Source: Felis catus (lineage: Eukaryota). From it: a stretch of 64,000 nucleotides of DNA. A program made the position numbers and the translations under genes. Of the stretch, positions 1 through 9,712 are shown in pieces (the stretch's first letter is position 1; every line of letters begins with the position of its first letter). The stretch lies in NCBI RefSeq assembly GCF_018350175.1, contig NC_058383.1, forward strand, positions 11,472,001 to 11,536,000. The letters run 5' to 3'. The notes under the pieces were generated by a model. It was not told the origin of the DNA and made no database searches. It saw only the letters and a program-made list of their open reading frames with translations.

Positions 1-1384
1 GAGCACCGGCAGGCAGGATAACATTTCCCACTGCCATTGATTTTTATGTCTTTCTACACTAATTAGACATGTTATTACTAATCTTTGGTAATCACCACAA
101 GGGGCTTGTGGAAACTCTTGGAGATTTCAATCTAGATTAAAAATAAGCAACATTATCACTTCTGGGAAAATGCAGAGAAAGCGCATGTTATTCTAATGTT
201 TAAATCAATAAAGCTGTCCTGCTTCTGTTTTGTGCTGGTATTGACGAAATTTATCAAAATCCCGTTTAAATTTCCTTCTGTCCATCTCATCCCCGCACGG
301 GCACCTGATTGATTTCTGCGAGGGCATCTGCCGGGGGTGGGGTGGGGGGGCTGCTGGGGTAAGACAGCCCATACCCCTGGGCCTTAGGGCCAGATTGAAG
401 AGACCTGGGAGGTGGGGGGAGTAGGAGGGATCACGGGACCTAGTTTCCACTCTGTTATTTTGATGTCTGTTGATTCCTCTTATTAAAGGAGCTTTTGAAC
501 CCACAAGAAAGAAAGGGAGAAAATCCTTTCCTCCTTAATTAATCTCTCTTCCAATTGTTAAATCGCACACTTTGATTGCCAAACCACCTGCCTGCCCCGG
601 GGCAGATTAAATCATGTGGGGGCATGAGGTAGGGAGGCGAGGCGAACATCTTAACCAGGGGTCCTGTCCCTGGGGAGCGGAGAAAAGAAATTATCTGTGC
701 ATGGAGAGAATGCCATCTAGCACGTTTTCTCAAACAATTGAAACTAATTTGTTGACACAGGGAGAGAAATGAGCCTACTTTAATGTTCTGTAGAGACAGA
801 CTGTAATTTGTAATACCTCTGATCAGAAATTGAGGTGGCATATGGACCCGAAGTGAAATAAGGCACAGTTAACTTTTTGCCAGGCGTGGGGGTGGGGGAG
901 GGGCAAACGCATCTCCGTGTGACATTGCCACGGCAATGTTTCTGGCATCGGCAGCGGGGACAGCTTGCGCACCCAGAAGGATGCCAATGTGTATCACAAC
1001 TCGGGAGGCGGCATGCGTTTCCATGCCTGCTGTGTTTGCCAGGAGCTGTACTCAGCTAGGCGCCAGAGCGGAGGGGCAGGATATAGTCTGCGGATCCGCC
1101 GCCTGCCTGGGTGGTGGTGGTGGTGGGGGCATCTCCAGAGTCAGCCTTGAGGCTGGAGCTCAACCTGGGGCTCCTGGTGCAGCAGCAGACTGTATGTGGC
1201 TCTGGGCGTGAGTTCAGCTTTCTTCCCAGGGGAAGATCTCCTTATTTCTTGAGACCCAGGGCAGCCAAAGTACTCGGGCTCCCCAAGCACTGTTTCATGT
1301 ATCTGTTTCCCCTACCAGACGGCGAGGTCCTTGAGGGCAGGGGTTGCATGATAACGATGGTGATGGAAATAATTGGGGCACGAT

Positions 1385-1477
1385 AATCCACGTTACTCTA
1401 TATCAAGCACCTACCATGTGCCAGCTCTGACTCAGGCACCTTACTCACCCTTTCTGCAACCTGTCCAGCGAGGTAGG
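1385..1477 (-). mobile_element. MIR SINE fragment (ancient)
   Basis: aagcacctaccatgtgccag...aggtaggt resembles the reverse-complemented MIR core. Confidence 0.45.
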
Positions 1478-1662
1478 TGTCTTTGCTTGGACTGCTAAGA
1501 CAGAGTACCATGGACTGGATGGCTTCACCAACAGACGTGTATTTCTCACACTTCTGGAGGCTGCGAATCCAAGGTGAAGGTGCAGGCAGGTTTGGTCCTT
1601 GGTGAGGGCTCTCTTCCCGGCTAGCAGATGGCCACCTTCTCGCTATGTCCTCACATGGCGGG
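1478..1662 (-). mobile_element. MaLR LTR fragment (MLT1A/B-like)
   Basis: atttctcacacttctggaggctg...gatggccaccttctcgctatgtcctcacatggcgg, typical MLT1 antisense motifs. Confidence 0.75.
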
Positions 1663-2053
1663 GGGAAGGGGACAGCGAGCGGGCGCCAGTCTCACCGCCA
1701 GCGCTGGCCCTTTTCCCTCTCACCACACTGTCTTCTGAGCTGAGCCCAGGTCTAGGGCTGTGCTGACGTTCAGGCATGCTGGTTGAAAGACAGAATGTCT
1801 TATTTGCTTCTGTGACGTCTGTCTGCTTGTGATTTTGTCCTCCTACAGCAACCTTCAGCTTCAGTGAAGTTCCCCCTGATGGAAAGATTCTAGAGAACCC
1901 CCAAGCCGTTTCAATGAACACTGATCTCCCTCAGAAGCTTCGGCTGGATCACCTCTGTTCCCAAGGAAGGGAGGGCAGCATTGATGAGATTTACCACGAG
2001 CCAGGCATTTTGCATATTTTATTTATATTCCTATCATCATCACAAGCTATGCT

Positions 2054-2241
2054 TTAAAAAAATATTTATTTTTGAGAGTCCGGGTGGGGAGGGGGAGGTC
2101 AGAGGGAGAGGGAGAGAGAGAATCTCAAGCAGGCTCTGCACTGTCGGCCCAGAGCCGGATGCAGGGCTTGAACCTACGAACCGTGAGATCATGACCTGAG
2201 CTGAAATCAAGAGCTGGACGCTTAACCGACTGAGCCACCCA
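2054..2241 (-). mobile_element. Carnivore SINEC (older felid type)
   Basis: tRNA-derived head in antisense, (GA)n, T-rich tail; degraded TSD cacaagctatgcttt / cgcaagctgcttt. Confidence 0.93.
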
Positions 2242-3039
2242 TCGCAAGCTGCTTTTAGAGATCAGGAAATAATTTCAGGGAGGTTAAGTGCATATGACTT
2301 GTGGAAGGTCTTGGAGCCTTAAGCCGCCGAACAGTGATTGTAACCTGGGCTGTCTTATTTTTATTTGACGACGGGCCTTTATTAGCCAACACAGGATCGT
2401 GAGGGAAGACCAGGGCCTCCTTTGAACTCAAGTCTTGCATTTGTGAGTGGGAGTCCCTCCAGGCTGAAGTAGTTTGCCTGGGATGTCCCCAGTTTCCTGT
2501 CCTGTGGCTAAATGCAGGTGTGGAAATGCAGCAACCTCAAAGCTGAGAATGGAGATAAAGACCGGGGTCCTTGCTGACCTTGCGAAGCTGATCCTGCCTA
2601 CTCTTCCTGGACTGCCCCGTAGGAGACAGATGCCCTTCTGTGTTCTCGAAGCCACAGCATCGCCCAAGGCAATGCCTCCACTCCAGCCTAAACCCGGCAA
2701 TCATCTGTGACACGACCGCTCTATCCTTGACCCCTACAGATGATGTCGAGGCATTACCGCACTAGATGCGTACTCAGAAGACAGAAACATCCAGAAAATG
2801 AAAGGATTCTTGTGTCAGTGCCTAGAAGGAAACTGGGGTGTGTCGAGCACTCGTTAATGGCAGGCATTTCCACAAACTTTATGACTGATCATGTCGCTTC
2901 AGTATTACTCTTCATTGACCTTTGGATAGAGTTCACACTTGACTCCCTCAAAGCCTTTTCCAACAGGGCAAGACAGAGCTAGAAGCATCGCATTGGGGAA
3001 GGAAAGCATGAACTCCTTAGTTGAGCGTATGAGACCCTC

Positions 3040-3300
3040 CTCACTGGGTCTGGGCCCGCCCTTCCCCTTCTGCTGCCCTCCTTCCACTGCTTTGGCCATG
3101 TCTTGTGACCTGCCCTTCTCCTTTCTCCGCCTGGAATGCCAGCGGCCATCTGGTCTACCAGAAGGCTCAAGCTCATCCTTTGAGACAAGCGCAACACTTT
3201 CTTCCCTGGGCCCTCCCCCATCTCCTCTGCCCTCCAACACAACCCTGCCACGTTGTGCCCTGTGTTTATTGACTCTACCACACATGACAGACACGTCACA
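3040..3300 (+). mobile_element. L2 LINE 3' region fragment
   Basis: pyrimidine-rich with cctggaatgcc and ctcatcctttgagac motifs typical of L2. Confidence 0.4.
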
Positions 3301-4109
3301 CCGTGGCCCTTAGTTTTCCATCCCACGCCACAATGTGCGCTCTCCCACAAAGAGGGATTTTTCTGGATGAAATGTGTCTAGCCATCTCTCTCATCTTAAT
3401 GCGGGTTTATTCCGAGCGAAGCAGGATCTCCCTGACTGGTGGTAAAACGAAAATCAAAAGCAGTGCCCGTCACTCTCCAATGCTGCCGTCCGCCCAGCCA
3501 GCCCCCTGGGCACGTGGTCCTCACAGGCTCCGGAAATGGCCCTGAAGTTCACCTCCCTCTCTCCCTTTTGAAGGAAAGCACAGAACTGGGCTTCTGCATC
3601 TGAAGTTCCAATCTGGGGGGCGGGGGGTAGGTTTATCGTGGGGGCACTGGCGGCACAGAGTGTCTCTTGGTGTGATCTCCATTTGGGGGATTTAGCCGCT
3701 GGTATTTGAGCCTTATATCCAACGTACTGGCAGGTGGGGCGGGCGGCATAGTTTGCCCGCCATCCGCCTTGTGTTTGGGGCGCCTGGAAATCAGGAATGG
3801 CTTCCTCTTCCAGCTCTGACTTGCCTTTTCCCACCAGACGCGGACTTCAGCTTGCTCAGGGTGCCGCCCTGCCCGCCCCCAGTGTTCCAGCAGGTTCTAT
3901 ACCTCCCAGCCTGCTCAGTGGTTCCTCTGAAGCCCTGCTTTGCTTTCTACACTCCCGCTGCGTCCCGTGGTCTCACTGGACCGGAATGTCGGACACAGGA
4001 CGTCCCTGGGGAGGCATGAGGCGGGGGCCTCTGAGTGGTCGAAAAGGCTCAGGGTTTTCCAGAAAACGCTGCCATAGAGATGCCCCTCACCGTGGTCCAT
4101 GCAAGCTGT

Positions 4110-4232
4110 CAATTATCCACTCGTGCTCTTCTGTGAGCTCCCTAAAGGCAAGCAGCTCATCTCGTTCAGGGCTTCTGCGGGTCCCAGGACAGTTCCTGGC
4201 ACCGGGAAGGGCACCAGTGAATACTGGATGAT
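4110..4232 (+). mobile_element. L2 LINE 3' end fragment
   Basis: ctgtgagctccctaaaggcaag...cagttcctggcac...gtgaatactggatg matches the L2 terminal pattern. Confidence 0.5.
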
Positions 4233-4398
4233 CCCTGCACCAATGCTGTGAAGTCCACATTCCCAACTCCATTCATATACCGGCACTTGAACGGTGGCCT
4301 CTGGTGGGGCGGGGGGTGGGGGGGAGCCAAGACTCATTCAGAAAATGCATTTTCTAGTTCTAGTATCCGTCTATGTAGATTATGATACTAGGATTTGG

Positions 4399-4610
4399 TT
4401 TTTTTTTTATTTTTTTTAAGGTTTATTCATTTTTCAGAGATAGAGAGAGACACACAGTGTGAGTGGGGGAGGGGCAGAGAGAGAGGGAGACACAGAATCA
4501 GAGGCAGGCTCCAGGCTCGGAGCTGTCAGCACAGAGCCCGACGCGGGGCTCGAACTCACGGACCATGAGATCGTGACCTGAGCCGAGGTCCAACGCCACC
4601 CAGGAGCCCC
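4399..4610 (-). mobile_element. SINEC_Fc-family SINE with small internal deletion in head
   Basis: gcaggctccaggctcggagctgtcagcacagagcccgacgcggggctcgaac; degraded TSD tgatacta / tgatgcta. Confidence 0.95.
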
Positions 4611-4619
4611 TGATGCTAT

Positions 4620-5035
4620 TATTTATTTAGAAACAAATCATAGCGTTTCCTGTGTGCAAAGCGCCGTGCTCAGGCTTCACTCATATTTCTCTCTAAACCC
4701 TTGCCATAACCCTTTGAGAAGGTAATTTGCTTATCCATTAAAAAAATTGGGGCACCTGGGTGGCTCAGTCAGTTAAGCATCCAACTCTTGATTTCGGCTC
4801 AGGTCATGATCTCAAGGTCGTGAGATCAAGACCCGCGTTGGGCTCTGTACCGAATGTGGAGCCTGCTTAAGATTCTCTATTTCTCTCTGTCTCCCTCTTC
4901 CCCTCTCCCCAACTCTCTCTCTCTCTCTCTCTCTCTCAAAAAAAATAAATCAACAAACTAAGATTTAGAGAGGCTACGAGACCCCCAGCTGTGGGCGGCA
5001 GAGCTGAGATTTGCGCCCAGCTCTGCCCGAGTCAG
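4620..5035 (-). mobile_element. MIR split by a SINEC insertion
   Basis: ataaccctttgagaaggta... resumes as aaactaagatttagagagg...gagctgagatttgcgcccag. Confidence 0.55.
4749..4950 (+). mobile_element. Carnivore SINEC (older type)
   Basis: ggggcacctgggtggctcagtcagttaagc head, (CT)n, A-tail. Confidence 0.95.
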
Positions 5036-5684
5036 TACGCTGACTCCCTACGTAGCTGCCCTGCCGACGTTTCCAGAGCCTGTGATGCTCTGATTCCTAG
5101 CAGTGGGGCCCCGAACTGAGCCCTCCTGTGAGAATGAGCGTCCAAGCACGGGAAGCAGAAATTCTCAAAGAATGTGCTGTTATGAAATTTATTCTGATGC
5201 CAAAAGGGGGTCTTGAGAGGGATTAGAGAGGAATTGTACGAGCTCTTATGCTCCACTGATAAGCTTGACTGTGAGCTGTAACATATGCGGCCGTAATGAC
5301 TAAGAGAGAGATTTATTAGACTGTGTCATATTTGGTTAAGTACTTTCCATGTAAGACGAGTGTTTCACTTGTACATACTACATTTTCAATGGGTTTTCAA
5401 CCATTTTCAATCCGTTATTTTTAACTCCTTGCATTATATTGATGGTAAATTAATTACCCCAATTACAATTCAGAAACCCGTATTGTCCAATTATAATTTA
5501 AGTCGTTTTCACGCCTCTCTTTGAGGTTGGATAGAAAGCCAGAGCACTTTAGAAAATGCTGTCATTCCCTCTAGAATCCTGTCATTGTGTTCCACATTTC
5601 TGTGGTGGTTTGAAGGTAGGGGTGAGGGCTCAGCGGTGGTGGTGGTGGTGGGGGTGTGGTTCCCCAGGTGACACCCCAGAGGGC

Positions 5685-5903
5685 AGCCAGCTAGCCTGGG
5701 TTCAGATCTGGGTTCACCAATGCGCTCGAATCCTTGGACAGGTCACTTAATCTCTCCGTGCCTCTGTTTCCACATCTGTAAAATGGGGTAGGTGAAGGGT
5801 CCCTACTTCTCGGGGCTATTCTGGGGATTAGATGGGTTAGTGTGGTTAACAGCCCGGTACGCAGAGTGAGCCGTGAGTAAGCGTGAGCTGTAGTTATCAT
5901 CAC
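5685..5903 (+). mobile_element. MIR SINE
   Basis: ccttggacaggtcacttaatctctccgtgcctctgtttccacatctgtaaaatgggg MIR core. Confidence 0.8.
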
Positions 5904-6224
5904 TGTGCTCTAGGGGCATAACGATGGGTGGTTTTATCTCACGAGACAATTCCAACCCGTAAGTGGTACTTTTCTGCAGCGTTACGTGAAGACAGATCTT
6001 TTACATGAAGAAGGCCTAGTCAAGCTCAGCCGATCCAGTACGAGGGCCAATTAGAGATGTCTGCCGTGGGCTCAGTCGTGGGGAGAGGCGACAAGAGGAA
6101 CGCAAGCTCTTTTAGGGCTGGAATTATACTGGTTTTAATCCCTCCTCTATGCCCAGTCCCCGGCACAGCGCTTGGCCCCTGCCGGGCCAGGTCGTGATAA
6201 CACCTCTGAGTCCTGGCATCCAAC

Positions 6225-6322
6225 CGTCCCTGCCCTGGACTCCCTAGTCAGTGAGCCCACGAAGCCCCTCTCTCTGCCTCAGTCGGTTTGAGCTGGATCT
6301 TCTGTCATGGGGAAACAAAAGG
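6225..6322 (+). mobile_element. MaLR LTR 3' end (MLT1J-like)
   Basis: ccctggac...gtgagcc...tttgagctggatcttctgtca resembles the MLT1J/K terminus. Confidence 0.5.
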
Positions 6323-6462
6323 TTGTTTTTTTTTTTTTTTTTAATTTTAATGTTTTTGCCACATTCCTGCCTATTTTAGGTAGTTCAGTGTATTGCAGTT
6401 GCAAAAGTTGCGTGCTCACGGTAGAAACGCTCTTTGCAAATATTATTCAGTCTGAAGAAAGA

Positions 6463-6999
6463 GAGGACATTATGTGAAGTGAAATAACTCATTCGCAGAA
6501 GGACGAATGCTCCGTGATCCCACCTACGTGAGGGACCCAGAGGGGTCGGATTCACAGACACGGGGAAGCAGAAGGGTGACTGCCAAGGCCTGGTGGAGTG
6601 GGGGCGAAGGGGGGGGCGGTGTTTTGCGGGGACGAGCTTCAGCTGGGGCAGAGACAAAGTTCTGGACGCGGACGGTGTGCGGGGCTGCACAACAATGTGA
6701 ACGTCCTCAGTGCCGCCGACCTGCGTGCTTAAAAACGGTTAAGATGGCACGTTTTAAAAAGTCTTGTTTATTTTGAGAGAGAGCGCGCTCACACGCGTGC
6801 AACGGGTAGAGGGAGAGGGAGGGATCGAGAATCCCCAGCAGGCCCCGTGTTGTCAGCGCAGAGCCTGACACGGGGCTCGATCGCACGAGCCGCGAGATCA
6901 TGACCTGAGCTGACATCGAGAGTTGGACGCTTGACCGACTGAGCCCCCCCCGGGCGCCCCCATAATAACGTTTTATGTGATGTCTGTCTTGCCACAAAA
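6463..6999 (+). mobile_element. Old L1 (L1MB-like) 3' end, split by a SINE
   Basis: gaggacattatgtgaagtgaaata...tgcacaacaatgtgaa...cttaaaaacggttaagatgg...ttttatgtgatg. Confidence 0.8.
6765..6961 (-). mobile_element. Carnivore SINEC, CpG-enriched copy
   Basis: gagatcatgacctgagctga...gagttggacgcttgaccgactgagcc; acgtttta on both flanks. Confidence 0.93.
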
Positions 7000-8076
7000 G
7001 CATTCACGGTGAAAGACAGTTTAAGCCCCAGGGGACAAGGCGTCAGGACACAGGTCTGGCTTTGTTCTCTGCCAGGCTGGTCTGTCTCAGGCCCAGTAAT
7101 TGGGGCCTGAGGCCACAGGATGAGCTCCGAGTCTCTTACTGCCTTACTGCGTGTCGTCAGGCTTCCTTACTTCTCATGCTGTTTTTTGCTGCCAGAATCC
7201 CGTTCTCCTCCCTCACCTGCTTCACTCCCGTGTGCCTTCCGGCCTAGCTCTGTTGTGGCCTGGTATGTTCTGCCCACCTGATGCATCTCCAAGCCGGGGG
7301 GCGGCGTGGGGGGGGGACTGTCTGCAGGGCTATTCCCAGACTTGGAGCTTCCCCAAGGCCCGGTGAGCGTCTTCTTTCCACCCAGCTCTCGGGTCCGGCC
7401 CCGAGCGCACGTCGGTGACTCTGTGGAGACCACCGGGCCACCAGCAGAGAGCTCCGATGGTGCCCGTCAAGGAGCTCCTGATCACAGGCAGCAGGAATTT
7501 CCCAAATGGCTTCCCCTTCCTTTCCCTCCGGCGTGGGGTTTATTGAGATTCCTGGCTGTGTGCGTGGGTGGCCTGGATCATTTTCCTGCAGTCTGAGTCT
7601 AATGAGGGCCGCCAGACGGCCTGAGAAGCTCTGCTCCAGGCCGGGGCCCCTCATCTCCCCGTTACACCAGGCTCAGCCCGGCGAGGACACAGGGGGCCCA
7701 GGCCGGGGACCCACGGGACCGTCCTGGGATGGGATGAAGTCGCGTGCTTTTCTGTTTCACCTTTTCTTCCCCTGACGTCACTGGAAGATAGAGAACACTT
7801 TCATCATTTCTTTTTCCTCTCTTCTGGCCAGGAGGCTGCGTTTCCACCAGACCCCCCCCCCCCGCCGAAGATGGACCCAGAGCAAAACAGAACAGAAAAG
7901 TAGGGAAGGAAGAATGGGAAGCAAAGGAAAGAAGACAGAGGAACAACTTGAGAGCAGGGCACAGTGGGTCATTGAGATTCTGGGCCGGGACACGAACAGC
8001 TTGCTTATTTATGGCAGGGAACTGGTCCCAAGGGTCCATTGGACCACAGTACACGTTGACTTCAAAGAAACGTCCT

Positions 8077-8290
8077 GGGGCGCCTCGGTGGCTCCGTCGG
8101 TTGAGCGTCAGACTCTTGATTTCGGCTCAGGTCGGGATCTCGCCGTTTCGTGAGTTCGAGCCCTGCATGGGCTCTGCGTGGACCAGTGTGGAACCTGCTT
8201 GGGATTCTCCCTCTTTCTCTTCCCCTCCCCTGCTCGCACTTTCTCCGTCTCTGTCTCTCAGAAAAACCCCAAACAAACAGAAAACAGAAA
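8077..8290 (+). mobile_element. Carnivore SINEC
   Basis: ggggcgcctcggtggctccgtcgg head; exact TSD aaagaaacgtcc at 8064-8075 and 8291-8302. Confidence 0.96.
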
Positions 8291-9271
8291 AAAGAAACGT
8301 CCCACATTATCCTATCCCGGGGTGAGAAGGAGGAATTTATTGTTTAACCATGAGACCTGTATCCCGATCCCTAACTGCAACCTTTTGTCCATTCAGCCTG
8401 CTGTAATGTGATCTTCCTCTCTACCTGGGGCTTAATTGGGAGAGTGTTGAGGAACAAAGCAAATATTTGTGGAGGCCGAATGCTGCTCTTGTGATTAGAA
8501 GGTAACACCGTTCAGCGTCTGCATCCGAATTGCGATACGCAGGCAGGGGAGTCAATTTGCTCCGGGATCGATAGATGTGGTCCCAGTTGGCAGAGAACTG
8601 GGGGCTTCCTTCTGAACACTGGAGGCTGCTGGACAGCTGTCAACGCGTGGCTCAATTGAACGTGGCAACTGGGCAGAGGTTTTATTTCTAGTCGCGTTGT
8701 TTTTCAGCTCAGGGTTGATGAAAACCTTCCCAATGTCAACCAGTTCGGTGTTAATCCTGAGAAGCACGGGGATCTCACAGGGGGTCACGCTGCCTGACCT
8801 GCGTGTCACCTCTTCGGCATCCCGTGAAGTCCAGGAGAATGGTCACCTCTCCGGAAAGCCTCCCTCTGCTGTCGCGTGGTGGGAGCCCCCCCCCCCATCC
8901 TCTGCACGTTCTTGTTACCCACGCTCTGTCCGCCGCGTCTTGGAGGTGACTTTCATGACGCCGAATCGGTGGCCGTTGCATTTTTAAGGTCCCTGTGGCT
9001 GCCAATAGTAAGCACCTGCTTGAGCTAGATTAAGACCTCAAGGAGAGTTTCTTGTAGGGACATAGGTGCTCTCCGAGTTCAGAGAAGAAATCAGCCCTCG
9101 AGAAAAGACCGCCCAGAGAATCACAGAGCGGTCAAAATCGGCTTTCTGTATATCTTGCTTTTTTGCGTCTCTAGATTCTTCTTCTTGCTCTCTTTGCTCC
9201 TGGCTTCTCTTGCCCTCGATCCCCTTGACCAGTGGGAGGTGGGCCTTCCCTGCTCCAGGGTCCAGGCAGCT

Positions 9272-9712
9272 CTGGTTCCCTCGGGCTGCTAGAGCAAAGG
9301 GCCAAACATCAGTGGCTTAAAACAACAGAAATGTATTGTCTTACGGTTCTGGAGGCTGGAAGCCCCAGATGAAGGTGTCGGCAGGGCCTTGCTCTCTCTG
9401 AAGGCTCTAGGGGAGGATCCTTCCTTGCCTCTCCCGACTCCTGGTGTTCACGGGCAGTCCTCTAGACGTGCTGTGGGTGGCATCCGCACCCACCAGTCAC
9501 ACGGCCATCTTTCCCCGTGTGTGACCGTGGCCTGCTTTCATAAGGACGCACCGGTCCTAATGGATTAGGACCCCCGCTCCCCAGTGACTTCATTTTAACT
9601 TGATGACCTTTGTGAAGGTCTGGTTTCTAAAAAAGGCCACATCCGGGGGCACTGGCAGTTAGGACTCCGGCGTCGCTTGCGTGTGTGGGGGACACGCTTC
9701 CATCCGTAGCGG
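9272..9712 (-). mobile_element. MaLR LTR (MLT1C-like), near complete
   Basis: gtggcttaaaacaacagaaatgtattgtcttacggttctggaggctggaag...tggattagg...ttttaacttgat. Confidence 0.85.

Noticed and set aside
1110..5654. Identical 20-mer (GGT)5GGGGG at 1110-1129 and 5635-5654
   Set aside because: Low-complexity slippage product with no flanking similarity
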